Assembly: GCA_037968615.1 (NCBI GenBank)
Contig: JBBKVX010000017.1
Coordinates: 9,266-73,265, forward strand
Origin: Rickettsiales bacterium
Lineage (GTDB): Bacteria; Pseudomonadota; Alphaproteobacteria; Rickettsiales; UBA3002
Length of the DNA stretch: 64,000 bases
Reading direction: 5' to 3'
Within the stretch, counting starts at the first letter, position 1, and each line of letters begins with the position of its first letter. The translations under genes were made by a program, and so were the position numbers. Below are positions 1 to 8,440 of the stretch, piece by piece. Below the pieces are notes generated by a model. That model was given only the letters and a program-made list of their open reading frames with translations, did no database searches and was not told the DNA's origin.

Positions 1-1
1 A

Positions 2-127
2 GGGCTGGTAATGCTGGCCGAGAAGAAACCGCCCCGCTTCATGCAGGACCGGCTGAATTCGTACCTCGAACCCGAGAACCATTTTGACATCGACCGGCAG
101 ATGCGGGTGAAACCGGCGGGGCAATAA
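2..127 (+). CDS. motA: Flagellar stator MotA-family protein, C-terminal fragment (truncated by window start)
   Basis: Frame 2 reads GLVMLAEKKPPRFMQDRLNSYL..., like the MotA C-terminal 'GxxxIxxGxxPRxIxExLxSYL' region. Stop TAA abuts the motB ATG. Confidence 0.7.
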   Translation, partial: GLVMLAEKKPPRFMQDRLNSYLEPENHFDIDRQMRVKPAGQ

Positions 128-799
128 ATGCGCCGTCGCCGCAAACCCGACGACGAGAACGAAGACGCGTGGCTCATCACCTACGCCGACATGGTGACGC
201 TGCTGCTAAGCTTTTTCATCATCATGTTCTCGATGTCGAGCCCCGATAAAACGCAGTTCAAAAAAGTGGCAGAAGCTTTGCGCAAAGAGGGGTTCTATAC
301 TTCGGTGACGCCGAAAGAAGATGCGTACGAGAACCTGAAGCAACAGCTTGAAATGTCGCTCGGCGCGTCGGGCTACGACCAGTTCATGGCGGTGAGCGAA
401 ACGCCGAAATCGGTGGATGTGGAGCTGTCGTCCAGCAGCTTCTTCATGCCCGGTGCCGCCAAATTCACGCGCGATGCGCTGCCGATGCTGAAGCTGATGG
501 CTGGGCAGATCCTGCCGTTGAAAGACGAAGACGTGGCCATCGAAGTGGAGGGTCATACCGACGACAGTATTATCGCTTCCAAACAATTCCCGACCAACTG
601 GGAACTCTCGGCCGCGCGGGCCAGCAACGTGGTGCGCTACTTGGTGGCGCAAGGCTTCCCGCCGGAAAAACTGCGTGCCATCGGCATGGGCGACAGCCAC
701 CCCAAAGCCCCTAACCGCGACGCCCGCGGCACGCCGATCCCGAGCAATCAGGATATGAACCGCCGCGTGGTGGTGCGTATGGTGAAGGGGCGGGACTAG
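128..799 (+). CDS. motB: Flagellar stator MotB (OmpA-like peptidoglycan-binding domain)
   Basis: WLITYADMVTLLLSFF TM motif with conserved Asp; GHTD, NWELSAARA and NRRV OmpA/MotB motifs. Confidence 0.92.
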   Translation: MRRRRKPDDENEDAWLITYADMVTLLLSFFIIMFSMSSPDKTQFKKVAEALRKEGFYTSVTPKEDAYENLKQQLEMSLGASGYDQFMAVSETPKSVDVELSSSSFFMPGAAKFTRDALPMLKLMAGQILPLKDEDVAIEVEGHTDDSIIASKQFPTNWELSAARASNVVRYLVAQGFPPEKLRAIGMGDSHPKAPNRDARGTPIPSNQDMNRRVVVRMVKGRD

Positions 800-1575
800 A
801 ACGCGTTAGGGAATAACAGGCTGCACGCAATAGTGGTGTTGCTCAGGGCATAATCGGCGGCGTAATCGGTCGGGCCAGAGGTGCCAGCGCAGAGTGAATG
901 TTTGAAGACAATCATTTTGCCGCGACCGGGTTTCCCGTCATCGATTTTTTTATCAATGTTCCATGCTTCTTCCGGTTTGAGGTTCGGCACAACGGGCATG
1001 TTGCCGCTAGAGGCGGCACCCAATGTAAGCGTATTGCCATATTCGTAAGTGTACCAATTGGTGGCATCTCCCAACGCATCGGGGTGATATCCACTCCACC
1101 CGGAGCCCGGTAATTTTGAAGCGGGCACATTGGCGCCAATATCGGCGGAGTAGGGGACGGCATTGCCCGCCTTGCGCCCACCATGGTAACTGCCTTCGAT
1201 GAGGCCCGCGTTCGCCATCTGCTTCCAGAAATGCCACGCTTCTGAGAAACTCACATAGCTATCCATGGTCCAGACCAACCCATCACCGTTGCCGTCGCAG
1301 GTGGCGATGGTAGTGCTGGAGGTGCCCCGGCAGGTGGCGGGAGTAGGGTCGATCGCACCCCAGAATTTGGTCGCGTTGGGCATGTCGCCGGGCAGCCCAA
1401 AATACTGATCCTTGAACGCATTGATGGCGGTCAGGTAGCGGCTATGCTCCGTCGTAACGGCGCGCAGCTCGGACGCGCGAATAAGCGATTGCCCCGCAAG
1501 TATGCCGCCGACCAGCAGACCTAGGATGACGAGGACGATGGAGAGTTCTACTAAACTAAAACCGCTTCTCTTCAT
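796..1575 (-). CDS. Prepilin-type N-terminal cleavage/methylation domain protein (type IV pilin/pseudopilin-like)
   Basis: Real start is MKRSG/FSLVELSIVLVILGLLVGG (class III signal peptide, Glu5) inside ORF 796..2166; ATGA overlap with the metF stop; several Cys. Confidence 0.85.
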   Translation of the reverse strand: MKRSGFSLVELSIVLVILGLLVGGILAGQSLIRASELRAVTTEHSRYLTAINAFKDQYFGLPGDMPNATKFWGAIDPTPATCRGTSSTTIATCDGNGDGLVWTMDSYVSFSEAWHFWKQMANAGLIEGSYHGGRKAGNAVPYSADIGANVPASKLPGSGWSGYHPDALGDATNWYTYEYGNTLTLGAASSGNMPVVPNLKPEEAWNIDKKIDDGKPGRGKMIVFKHSLCAGTSGPTDYAADYALSNTTIACSLLFPNAF

Positions 1576-2480
1576 AAAGCAGAATCCACACGAACGCCTA
1601 AAATATGGCAAATGGCTTGGGTGAGTTCGGCGCGGTTGAGGGTGTAGAAATGGAAGTGGTTGATGCCGCTGAGCATCAGCAGGCGGCATTGTTCGGCGGC
1701 GACCATGGCGGCCACCAAATTGCGCAGTTCGGGTTTTTCGTCGAGGCCTTCGAACAGTTTGGAGAGCCATGCGGGCACGCTGGCCCCGGCCATGGCGGCG
1801 AATTTTTTCAGCTGCGCAACGTTGGTGACGGGCAGGATGCCGGGCACTATCTCGGCGGTGATGCCGGCGGCGCGGGCGCGGTCGTGGAAACGCAGATAGA
1901 GATCGACGTCGAAGAAGAACTGGCTGATGGCGCGGGTGGAGCCGGCGTCGAGCTTGCGTTTTAGATGGTCGAGATCGGCCTGCGGCGAGAGAGCCTGCGG
2001 ATGCGATTCGGGGTAGGCGGCAACGGAAATATCGAAATCGCCAATTTCCTTTAAGCCCTTCACCAGGTCGTCGGCGTAGGCGTAGCCGCCTTGGGTGGGG
2101 GCGAAGCTGCTGCCGTCGGGCGCGTCGCCGCGCAGGGCCACGATGTGGCGGACGCCCGCATCCCAATATTGTTGGGCGATGGTTTGGATTTCGCCGCGGG
2201 TGGCGTTGACGCAGGTGAGATGCGCGGCGGGGGTGAGGTCGGTCTCACGTTTGATGCGGGTGACGGTGGCGTGGGTGCGCTCGCGCGTGGTGCCGCCCGC
2301 GCCGTAGGTGACGGAGACGAAGCGTGGTTTGAGCGGCGCGAGGGTGGCGATGACGTCCCACAGCCGGGCCTCGGCCTCGACGGATTTGGGCGGGAAGAAC
2401 TCGAACGACACGGCCGGGGGTGGCGCGCCATAGAGTTCGCGGAGGTTCTGGAGCAGTTCGATGCGTTCGTTCATGTGCAT
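1572..2480 (-). CDS. metF: Methylenetetrahydrofolate reductase
   Basis: VSFEFFPPK, FVSVTYGAGG, AHLTC, ALRGD, SQFFFD and HFYTLN motifs; start probably 2480 or 2474. Confidence 0.95.
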   Translation of the reverse strand: MHMNERIELLQNLRELYGAPPPAVSFEFFPPKSVEAEARLWDVIATLAPLKPRFVSVTYGAGGTTRERTHATVTRIKRETDLTPAAHLTCVNATRGEIQTIAQQYWDAGVRHIVALRGDAPDGSSFAPTQGGYAYADDLVKGLKEIGDFDISVAAYPESHPQALSPQADLDHLKRKLDAGSTRAISQFFFDVDLYLRFHDRARAAGITAEIVPGILPVTNVAQLKKFAAMAGASVPAWLSKLFEGLDEKPELRNLVAAMVAAEQCRLLMLSGINHFHFYTLNRAELTQAICHILGVRVDSAL

Positions 2481-2790
2481 GAGATTCCGCATTCGCGGCG
2501 CGTTTGTAAACCCGCGAAGGTGTGAATGGCACTGCGTGCATGTTGCAGTGCAGAAAGCGGGGCACACTCTGTTGCATAAAAAGCACATTCCGTGGAAATC
2601 CACGCGAGATGAATTATTGGTAAGATGATGTTTTTAGTTAAAAAAATCCCAGAAATGAGGCAGTTTGCCGACCTTGCGGGTCTGCTTATCCCCATGCGCA
2701 TGCGCTTTTTCTTTACATATGGCCTGTAGATTCGGCATATCGGCTGGAGAAGACCAGTGTATAGTATCAGTGTAACTTTTCGGGATTCGT

Positions 2791-3534
2791 ATGAAAAATA
2801 AGAATGATGTGCGCCGCTTAACCCTGCTGGCGCTGGCAACAGCAATGACCATGGCGCTCAGCGCCTGCTCCACCACCACACAAGACGACGAGAACGATCC
2901 GTGGGAATCGGTGAACCGTGGTATCTTTGGTTTCAACCAAGTGGCGGATGAGTATGTTATGGAGCCGGTGGCCAAAGGCTACCGCTACATCACGCCGGAT
3001 CCCGTGATCTCGCGCATTGGCAATATCTCCGACAACCTTGGCGAGCCGGTTTCGATGATCAACGCCTTCCTGCAAGGCGATTTCGATCAAGGTATGGTGA
3101 ATTTCTGGCGCTTCGTGCTCAACTCCACGGTGGGTATCGCCGGGATGAACGACGTGGCGGCCAGCGCTGGCCTGATGCCGCGCACCGAAGATTTCGGTCA
3201 GACACTGGCCGTATGGGGCGTGGGCGATGGCCCGTACGTGATGCTGCCTATCTTAGGCCCATCGAGCGTGCGTGACACGGGCGGCATGGCGGCCGATTGG
3301 TTCCTGAACCCGGTCCACTATGCCATCGACGATACCGGCACGGAAATCTGGCTTGCGGTAGCGCAAGGCCTGGTGACCCGCGAACGGTTGATCGAAGTGC
3401 TCGACGATGTAAACGAAACCTCGCTCGATCCCTACGTAACGCTGCGCAGCATGTACCGCCAGCACCGTGCGGCTCAGATCGCCAACACGGGTGACGGCCC
3501 GCTGCCTTCGACTGGTGACAGCGAAATCGAATAA
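2791..3534 (+). CDS. mlaA: VacJ/MlaA outer-membrane lipoprotein
   Basis: Lipobox LSAC; DPWESVNR, RFVLNSTVGIAG, EDFGQTLAVWG and GPYVMLPILGPSSVRD motifs. Confidence 0.93.
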   Translation: MKNKNDVRRLTLLALATAMTMALSACSTTTQDDENDPWESVNRGIFGFNQVADEYVMEPVAKGYRYITPDPVISRIGNISDNLGEPVSMINAFLQGDFDQGMVNFWRFVLNSTVGIAGMNDVAASAGLMPRTEDFGQTLAVWGVGDGPYVMLPILGPSSVRDTGGMAADWFLNPVHYAIDDTGTEIWLAVAQGLVTRERLIEVLDDVNETSLDPYVTLRSMYRQHRAAQIANTGDGPLPSTGDSEIE

Positions 3535-3546
3535 CGGAGAAATAGA

Positions 3547-4140
3547 ATGATGAAGCGTTTGTTCGCTGCTGCTTTGCTGTGCGTGGCTATGGCTGCGCCT
3601 GCGCAGGCCGGAAACGTAGAAGGTGCCCGCCAGTTCGTGGATAAGGTGGCTGCCGATGTGCTTAACATCGTGAAGAAGCCGACCAACAAGGAATTGCAGC
3701 AGGCCGAATTGCTCGGCTTGATCGACGCGCGCGTCGATATCGATTTCGTGGCCCGTTTTGCCCTTGGCAAACACTGGCGCACGGCGACCGATGTGCAGCG
3801 TGCTGATTACCTTAACGCCTACCGCCCGTTCCTGAAAAAGAACTACGTGTCGCGCCTGACGCGCTATTCCGGCCAGACCTTCCGGCTGGGCAAAGGCCGC
3901 GCCGACAGCGACGGCAGCTACGTGGTGAATATGAACATCATCGACCCGAACGGGGCCGATGTGGTGATGCTCTACCGCGTGGTGGAAGCGCCGAAGAACG
4001 GCGGCTACCACATCTCCGACATCGTGGTCGAGGGCGTCAGCCTGCTCAGCACCCAGCGTGCCGAGTTCAACTCGATCGTGACCAGCAAGGGGCTGGACTA
4101 CCTGATCGATGCCCTTAAAAAACGCGGCATGGCGAAGTAG
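3547..4140 (+). CDS. mlaC: MlaC/Ttg2D periplasmic phospholipid-binding protein
   Basis: Signal peptide; ARFALGKHWR and DIVVEGVSLLSTQRAEF motifs; follows mlaA. Confidence 0.9.
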   Translation: MMKRLFAAALLCVAMAAPAQAGNVEGARQFVDKVAADVLNIVKKPTNKELQQAELLGLIDARVDIDFVARFALGKHWRTATDVQRADYLNAYRPFLKKNYVSRLTRYSGQTFRLGKGRADSDGSYVVNMNIIDPNGADVVMLYRVVEAPKNGGYHISDIVVEGVSLLSTQRAEFNSIVTSKGLDYLIDALKKRGMAK

Positions 4141-4142
4141 TT

Positions 4143-4157
4143 TTAACCGTTTCTTAA
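4143..4157. promoter_or_regulatory. CtrA-type box TTAA-N7-TTAA upstream of orphan 4194..4670
   Basis: TTAA-CCGTTTC-TTAA, an exact match to the CtrA consensus. Confidence 0.55.
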
Positions 4158-4193
4158 AAGCTTGGATGTAGGGTGAGGACAAAGGGAGTCCCC

Positions 4194-4670
4194 ATGCCGA
4201 ATCTTATCCATTACAGCCGCAACCGCGATGAGTATGCGTTGCAACTCGAAGGACGCGACATGTTCCGTTTTCGCCAGGAAGCGAACGGGAACATCACCGT
4301 GCTTCAGGGCGCAAGCGATGTGCGTTTGATGGAGCCAGCGCGATTGCAGTCCACGTTGAGCGATCGCAACAATCCCTACCCTTTTCTTCATGCCTTGGAA
4401 TTTACGAACCGTGAGGGCCTGCGTGAGGTTCTCCCGCTTTCCGACGAGCTGCTGGGCGTCGCCCGCGAAGCGGCGCGTAATAACCCCGACGGTCGGCCGA
4501 CAAATCCTCTGACGGGCAAGCTGGATGCGCGGCTGGTCGATGAAATCGCGCGCGTAAGCCGTGGCGAATATGCGGTCATCGACATTCAGGCGGACGTTGC
4601 CTACAAAGTCGAGGCACCCAACGCGACGACGGGCATGCCCCGCCACTCCGGACGAAACGAAGGCCGCTAG
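4194..4670 (+). CDS. Hypothetical protein with Arg-rich C-terminus
   Basis: GGGAG RBS before ATG 4194; fills the gap between mlaC and ettA; ends ...[11 protein letters not shown]. Confidence 0.65.
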   Translation: MPNLIHYSRNRDEYALQLEGRDMFRFRQEANGNITVLQGASDVRLMEPARLQSTLSDRNNPYPFLHALEFTNREGLREVLPLSDELLGVAREAARNNPDGRPTNPLTGKLDARLVDEIARVSRGEYAVIDIQADVAYKVEAPNATTGMPRHSGRNEGR

Positions 4671-6319
4671 GCCGCCAAGAACGATTTGTAGCGGATGCGT
4701 TTGGGTACCACGGAATCTTCTCCGAGACGGCTCTTCTTGTCTTCTTCGTAGCTGGCGAAGTTGCCTTCGAACCATTCCACGTGGCTGTCGCCTTCGAACG
4801 CGAGAATGTGCGTGGCGATGCGATCAAGGAAGAAGCGATCGTGGCTGATGATGACGGCGCAGCCCGCGAAATCGAGCAACGCGTCTTCAAGCGCGCGCAG
4901 GGTTTCCACGTCGAGATCGTTGGTCGGCTCATCGAGCAACAGCACGTTGGCGCCGGATTTCAGCATTTTCGCGAGGTGGACGCGGTTGCGTTCACCGCCC
5001 GACAGGCTGCCGACTTTTTTCTGTTGGTCGCCGCCTTTGAAGTTGAAGGCCGAGCAATAGCCGCGTGACTTCATGGTGATTTTGCCCAGCTCGATCACGT
5101 CGGTGCCGCCGGAAATTTCTTCCCAGACGTTCTTGTTCGGATCAAGCGCGTCGCGCGATTGGTCGACGTAGCCGAGCTTCACCGTCTCGCCGACTTTGAA
5201 CGTACCCGCGTCGGGCGTTTCCTGGCCGGTGATCATGCGGAACAGCGTGGTCTTACCCGCGCCGTTCGGGCCGATGACGCCGACAATGCCGCCGGGAGGC
5301 AGGCTGAACGACAGGTTCTCGATAAGCTGGCGTTCGCCGAAGCCTTTGCTGATGCCCTCGACTTCGATGACCTGGTGGCCCAAGCGGGGGCCAGCGGGAA
5401 TGATGATCTGCGCGGTGGAGGTGCGTTTCTCGGATTGCTCCTCGACCATGGATTCGTAGGCCTTGATACGCGCTTTGGATTTGGCTTGGCGCGCTTTGGG
5501 CGAGCTGCGCACCCATTCCAACTCTTCCTTCATCGCCTTCACCTTGGCGGATTCTTCTTTGTCCTCCTGCGTCATCATGCGGGATTTTTGGTCGAGCCAG
5601 CTGGAATAGTTGCCCTCGAACGGGCGGCCTTCGCCACGGTCGAGTTCCAGTGTCCAGGTGGTGATGTTGTCGAGGAAGTAACGGTCGTGGGTCACCATCA
5701 CCACGGTGCCGGCGTAGTTTTTCAGGAAGTTCTCGAGCCACGACACGGATTCGGCGTCCAAGTGGTTGGTCGGCTCATCGAGCAGCAGCATGTCGGGGCG
5801 CTCGAGCAGCAGGCGGGCGAGGGCGATGCGGCGTTTCTCACCACCGGAAAGTTTTACTACCGAGGCGTCGCCGGGGGGACAGCGCAGCGCGTCCATGGCC
5901 ACTTCGGCCTCGCGTTCCAAGTCCCATGCACCGGCATGGTCGATGGCGTCCTGCAGCTTGGCGGCTTCGTCGGCGATTTCGTCGGAATAATCGGCCATCA
6001 GCTCGTTGTAACGATCGACGAGGGCTTGTTTCTCTTTCAGGCCCACCATCACGTTTTCAAGCACGGTCTTCGATTCGTCGAGCTGCGGCTCCTGCTCCAG
6101 CAGGCCCACTTTGATGCCTTCGGCGGCCCATGCTTCGCCGTTGAATTCGGTGTCGCGGCCCGCCATGATCTTCAGCAGCGTCGATTTACCCGAGCCGTTA
6201 TGGCCCACAATACCGATTTTCACGCCCGGCAGGAACGAGAGCCAGATGTCATTCAACACGGTTTTCCCACCCGGATAATTCTTGGTGAGGCCTTTCATTA
6301 CGAAGACATATTGGGTCAT
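4667..6319 (-). CDS. ettA: Energy-dependent translational throttle protein EttA (ABC-F)
   Basis: Two ABC cassettes ([23 protein letters not shown]); [11 protein letters not shown] linker; EttA-type C-terminus. Confidence 0.95.
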   Translation of the reverse strand: MTQYVFVMKGLTKNYPGGKTVLNDIWLSFLPGVKIGIVGHNGSGKSTLLKIMAGRDTEFNGEAWAAEGIKVGLLEQEPQLDESKTVLENVMVGLKEKQALVDRYNELMADYSDEIADEAAKLQDAIDHAGAWDLEREAEVAMDALRCPPGDASVVKLSGGEKRRIALARLLLERPDMLLLDEPTNHLDAESVSWLENFLKNYAGTVVMVTHDRYFLDNITTWTLELDRGEGRPFEGNYSSWLDQKSRMMTQEDKEESAKVKAMKEELEWVRSSPKARQAKSKARIKAYESMVEEQSEKRTSTAQIIIPAGPRLGHQVIEVEGISKGFGERQLIENLSFSLPPGGIVGVIGPNGAGKTTLFRMITGQETPDAGTFKVGETVKLGYVDQSRDALDPNKNVWEEISGGTDVIELGKITMKSRGYCSAFNFKGGDQQKKVGSLSGGERNRVHLAKMLKSGANVLLLDEPTNDLDVETLRALEDALLDFAGCAVIISHDRFFLDRIATHILAFEGDSHVEWFEGNFASYEEDKKSRLGEDSVVPKRIRYKSFLAA

Positions 6320-6383
6320 GACGCGCACTTTCGGTAAGAAGAATTTGGCGGCAAACTAACCGCAGATGCGCAGGAAAGCAAGC

Positions 6384-6830
6384 CTAGCTCTGGCGTTTTT
6401 CGCGGAAAAATGCGCTAAGCAGCGCACCGCATTCGGCTTCCATCACGCCGCCGATGGTTTCGGGAGCGTGGTGGCAGGTGGGGTGCGTGAACACGCGGGC
6501 GCCATGTTCGACGCCGCCGCCTTTGGGGTCGTGCGCGCCGTAGATGATCTTTTTGATTTTCGCCAACGAGGCCGCCTGTGCGCACATGGCGCAGGGTTCG
6601 AGCGTGACGTAGAGCGTGCAATCGGCGAGGTATTTGCTACCGCGTGTTTCGCAGGCGGCGCGGATGGCCAGCAGCTCGGCATGCGCTGTGGCGTCGCGGT
6701 TGGTCTCGACGAGGTTATGCGCTTGCGACAGCAGCGTGCCGTCGGCCGCCACGATGGCGGCGGCGATGGGCACTTCACCGCTGGCGGCAGCGGTGCGGGC
6801 GAGAGTGAGCAGATGCGGCATAGTTGTCAT
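6384..6830 (-). CDS. tadA: tRNA adenosine(34) deaminase
   Basis: GEVPI, HAELLAI, TLEPCAMC and FFREKR motifs; start likely 6830 or 6821. Confidence 0.9.
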   Translation of the reverse strand: MTTMPHLLTLARTAAASGEVPIAAAIVAADGTLLSQAHNLVETNRDATAHAELLAIRAACETRGSKYLADCTLYVTLEPCAMCAQAASLAKIKKIIYGAHDPKGGGVEHGARVFTHPTCHHAPETIGGVMEAECGALLSAFFREKRQS

Positions 6831-6841
6831 GCAAAGTTCAT
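6824..6841 (+). promoter_or_regulatory. Direct-repeat box TTGTCAT-N4-AGTTCAT (OmpR/PhoB-family-like)
   Basis: Two half-sites in 11-bp register, 22 bp upstream of TATGGT, ahead of orphan 6901. Confidence 0.5.
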
Positions 6842-6900
6842 ACATGGTGGGGTTAGAAAACGGTATGGTTTTGTGATGCGTTTTCACATGAGGACTGACC

Positions 6901-7086
6901 ATGACCAACGACAAGCAGCCGCGTTTTGACCTGGAAGCACAGGTAAGGAAAATATGGCCTCAACGTAGCCCTGAGGAATTAGCGGCACGCACCGCAGAAA
7001 ATGACGCGCGGTTCAAAGACCATGTGGAGCGGGTTATCAAAAGTATCCGTGAGCGCGCGAATACCAAAGGACCGGGTGGCCGCTAG
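6901..7086 (+). CDS. Small hypothetical protein (61 aa), basic C-terminus
   Basis: GAGGA RBS; fills the tadA-sspB gap; ends HVERVIKSIRERANTKGPGGR. Confidence 0.6.
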   Translation: MTNDKQPRFDLEAQVRKIWPQRSPEELAARTAENDARFKDHVERVIKSIRERANTKGPGGR

Positions 7087-7619
7087 CGCTTGCGGAAGGC
7101 CTCGAGCGAGATGACCTTCTCGTCGTTGGCGGCTTTGGTTTCTTCGGAGGGAGCATCTTCCTCGAAGGCGGCCATCGGCGGTTTTTCGTTGGCCGTACGG
7201 CCGGTGGCGGGGCAAGCGACGGGCTCTTCGTTCTCGGAAGTGGTGACCGGGCGTTTGCCATGGAATTGCAGGCCGAATTTGATGCTGGGGTCGGCGAACG
7301 CGGTGAGCGCGTCCAGCGGCACGACGAGTTTCTCGGGCACGTTATTGAAGCTGAGCATCAGCGAGAAATGGTCGCGGGCGATTTTCAGATCCCAGAATTG
7401 GTGCTGCACCACTATGGTGATTTCCTCCGGGTAACGCGCTTTCAGCTGCGGGGAGATGGAAACGCCGGGATATTCCGTTTGGAACGAAATGAAGAAATGA
7501 TGCTCGCCCGGCAGACCGAATTTCTGCACATGGATCAGCGATTCGCGCACGACATTGCGCATCGCGGAATCGATCATTTTCGGATAATCTAGGGTTTCGT
7601 CTTGCATGATGCCCATCAT
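7083..7619 (-). CDS. sspB: ClpXP adaptor SspB (alphaproteobacterial type)
   Basis: GLPGEHHFFISF, YPEEITIVVQHQFWDL, FADPSIKFGLQF and C-terminal VISLEAFRKR ClpX-binding tail; lies downstream of ssrA. Confidence 0.93.
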   Translation of the reverse strand: MMGIMQDETLDYPKMIDSAMRNVVRESLIHVQKFGLPGEHHFFISFQTEYPGVSISPQLKARYPEEITIVVQHQFWDLKIARDHFSLMLSFNNVPEKLVVPLDALTAFADPSIKFGLQFHGKRPVTTSENEEPVACPATGRTANEKPPMAAFEEDAPSEETKAANDEKVISLEAFRKR

Positions 7620-7645
7620 TTAGCGGTTTCCCGCTTTTTTAGCTA

Positions 7646-7660
7646 TTAAAATCATTTTAA
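7646..7660. promoter_or_regulatory. CtrA-type box upstream of sspB
   Basis: TTAA-AATCATT-TTAA within the palindrome ATTAAAATCATTTTAAT. Confidence 0.5.
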
Positions 7661-7792
7661 TCTAAAGCCCGACCTGAGGTCGGTGGGGGGATTCTGTTGC
7701 CCGGCAGCTTCGCTGAGGGGATCTTAACCCCCTTGGCTTCGCCACCCCCGCCGCTTCGCGCCTTATCTTGCTCGGTGTCGGGCCGCCGAGAA

Positions 7793-8150
7793 AGGGTGGG
7801 GAGGTTCTGTTGCCCGGCCCTCCCCGGGCCGCGTTTACGAGCTAGAGCTCGTCAGGCTACACTAAGCAGCGAGACGGGCCGCTACGACGTTGTTGTCGTT
7901 AGCTGCAACGAGTGCTACGTTGTCGTTGGCACTTGTAGGTTTGATCCGATCACGGGAGATCACCCCGAATGAAAGCCGACGCCTTTACTGCGGTTGTCGA
8001 TGCTAATTCGCCCCCAGATTCAAAGCTTTAACACTTTGCGGCTCCCGGTTCACTTGCGTGAGTTATCAGTTGCCTAATATGGTGGAGGCGCCGGGCTCTG
8101 CCCCCGGGTCCAATCCGACTATTCCGCGTAACGTTTATCATCATAGTCCC
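7793..8150 (-). ncRNA. ssrA: Two-piece circularly permuted tmRNA
   Basis: Minus strand: acceptor piece ending GGACCCGGGGGCAGAGCCCGGCGCCTCCACCA (CCA at 8080), spacer 8079-8016, then coding piece starting GGGGGCGAA at 8015. Tag frame 7930-7862 reads ANDNVALVAANDNNVVAARLAA*. Terminal GGCAACAGAA pseudoknot. Ends approximate; may extend to about 7683. Confidence 0.93.
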
Positions 8151-8240
8151 CGAAGGAACATGCTCAGTATAGGCCGATGCGGGGGGATAGGCAAGAGGCA
8201 GCATGTTCTTCTTTTATGAGCGCTTCGCGCGGATGGGGCC

Positions 8241-8290
8241 CTTTGCCCCAAACCCCACCGCTATCGCGCGTCGACAGCCGCCTCCCGAAG
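8241..8290. repeat. Short intergenic repeat, family B
   Basis: CTTTGCCCCAAACCCC is identical to 41812-41827, with continuing similarity (ccgct.tcgcg.gtcg...ctcccg). Confidence 0.55.
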
Positions 8291-8364
8291 GAAAATACAT
8301 GGGGGTGACAAGCAAGCAAAACGTTAACAGAACGTAAAGATTTTAGGCGTAAATTGACCCGGAA

Positions 8365-8420
8365 TTGTCACAGTTCTTGGCCGCCATCGTCATCAAGCTG
8401 TCACATAACTTTGTTAGGGT
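8365..8420 (+). promoter_or_regulatory. Pho-box-like direct repeats and -10 element upstream of orphan 8441
   Basis: TTGTCAC (8365), TCGTCAT (8387) and CTGTCAC (8398) in 11-bp register; TAGGGT lies 10 bp after the last half-site. Confidence 0.6.
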
Positions 8421-8440
8421 GAAGGCTAGGAGATAACTTT

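Noticed and set aside
1-799. MotA/MotB pair as a Zorya (ZorAB) anti-phage system
   Set aside because: MotB has the canonical flagellar WLITYADMVTLL motif, the MotA end is typical, and no ZorC/D/E genes follow.
1576-2166. N-terminal half of the 456-aa ORF 796..2166
   Set aside because: It is an alternate frame over metF; the real protein starts at the prepilin motif at 1575.
2481-2560. SAM riboswitch upstream of metF
   Set aside because: A hairpin (TTCGCGG...CCGCGAA) is present, but I could not match SAM-II or SAM-SAH conserved elements.
7697-7972. 91-aa ORF on the + strand
   Set aside because: It is antisense to the tmRNA gene.
8080-8112. tRNA gene or prophage attachment site
   Set aside because: It is the acceptor/T-arm half of the permuted tmRNA; no duplicate att sequence or integrase was seen in the window.
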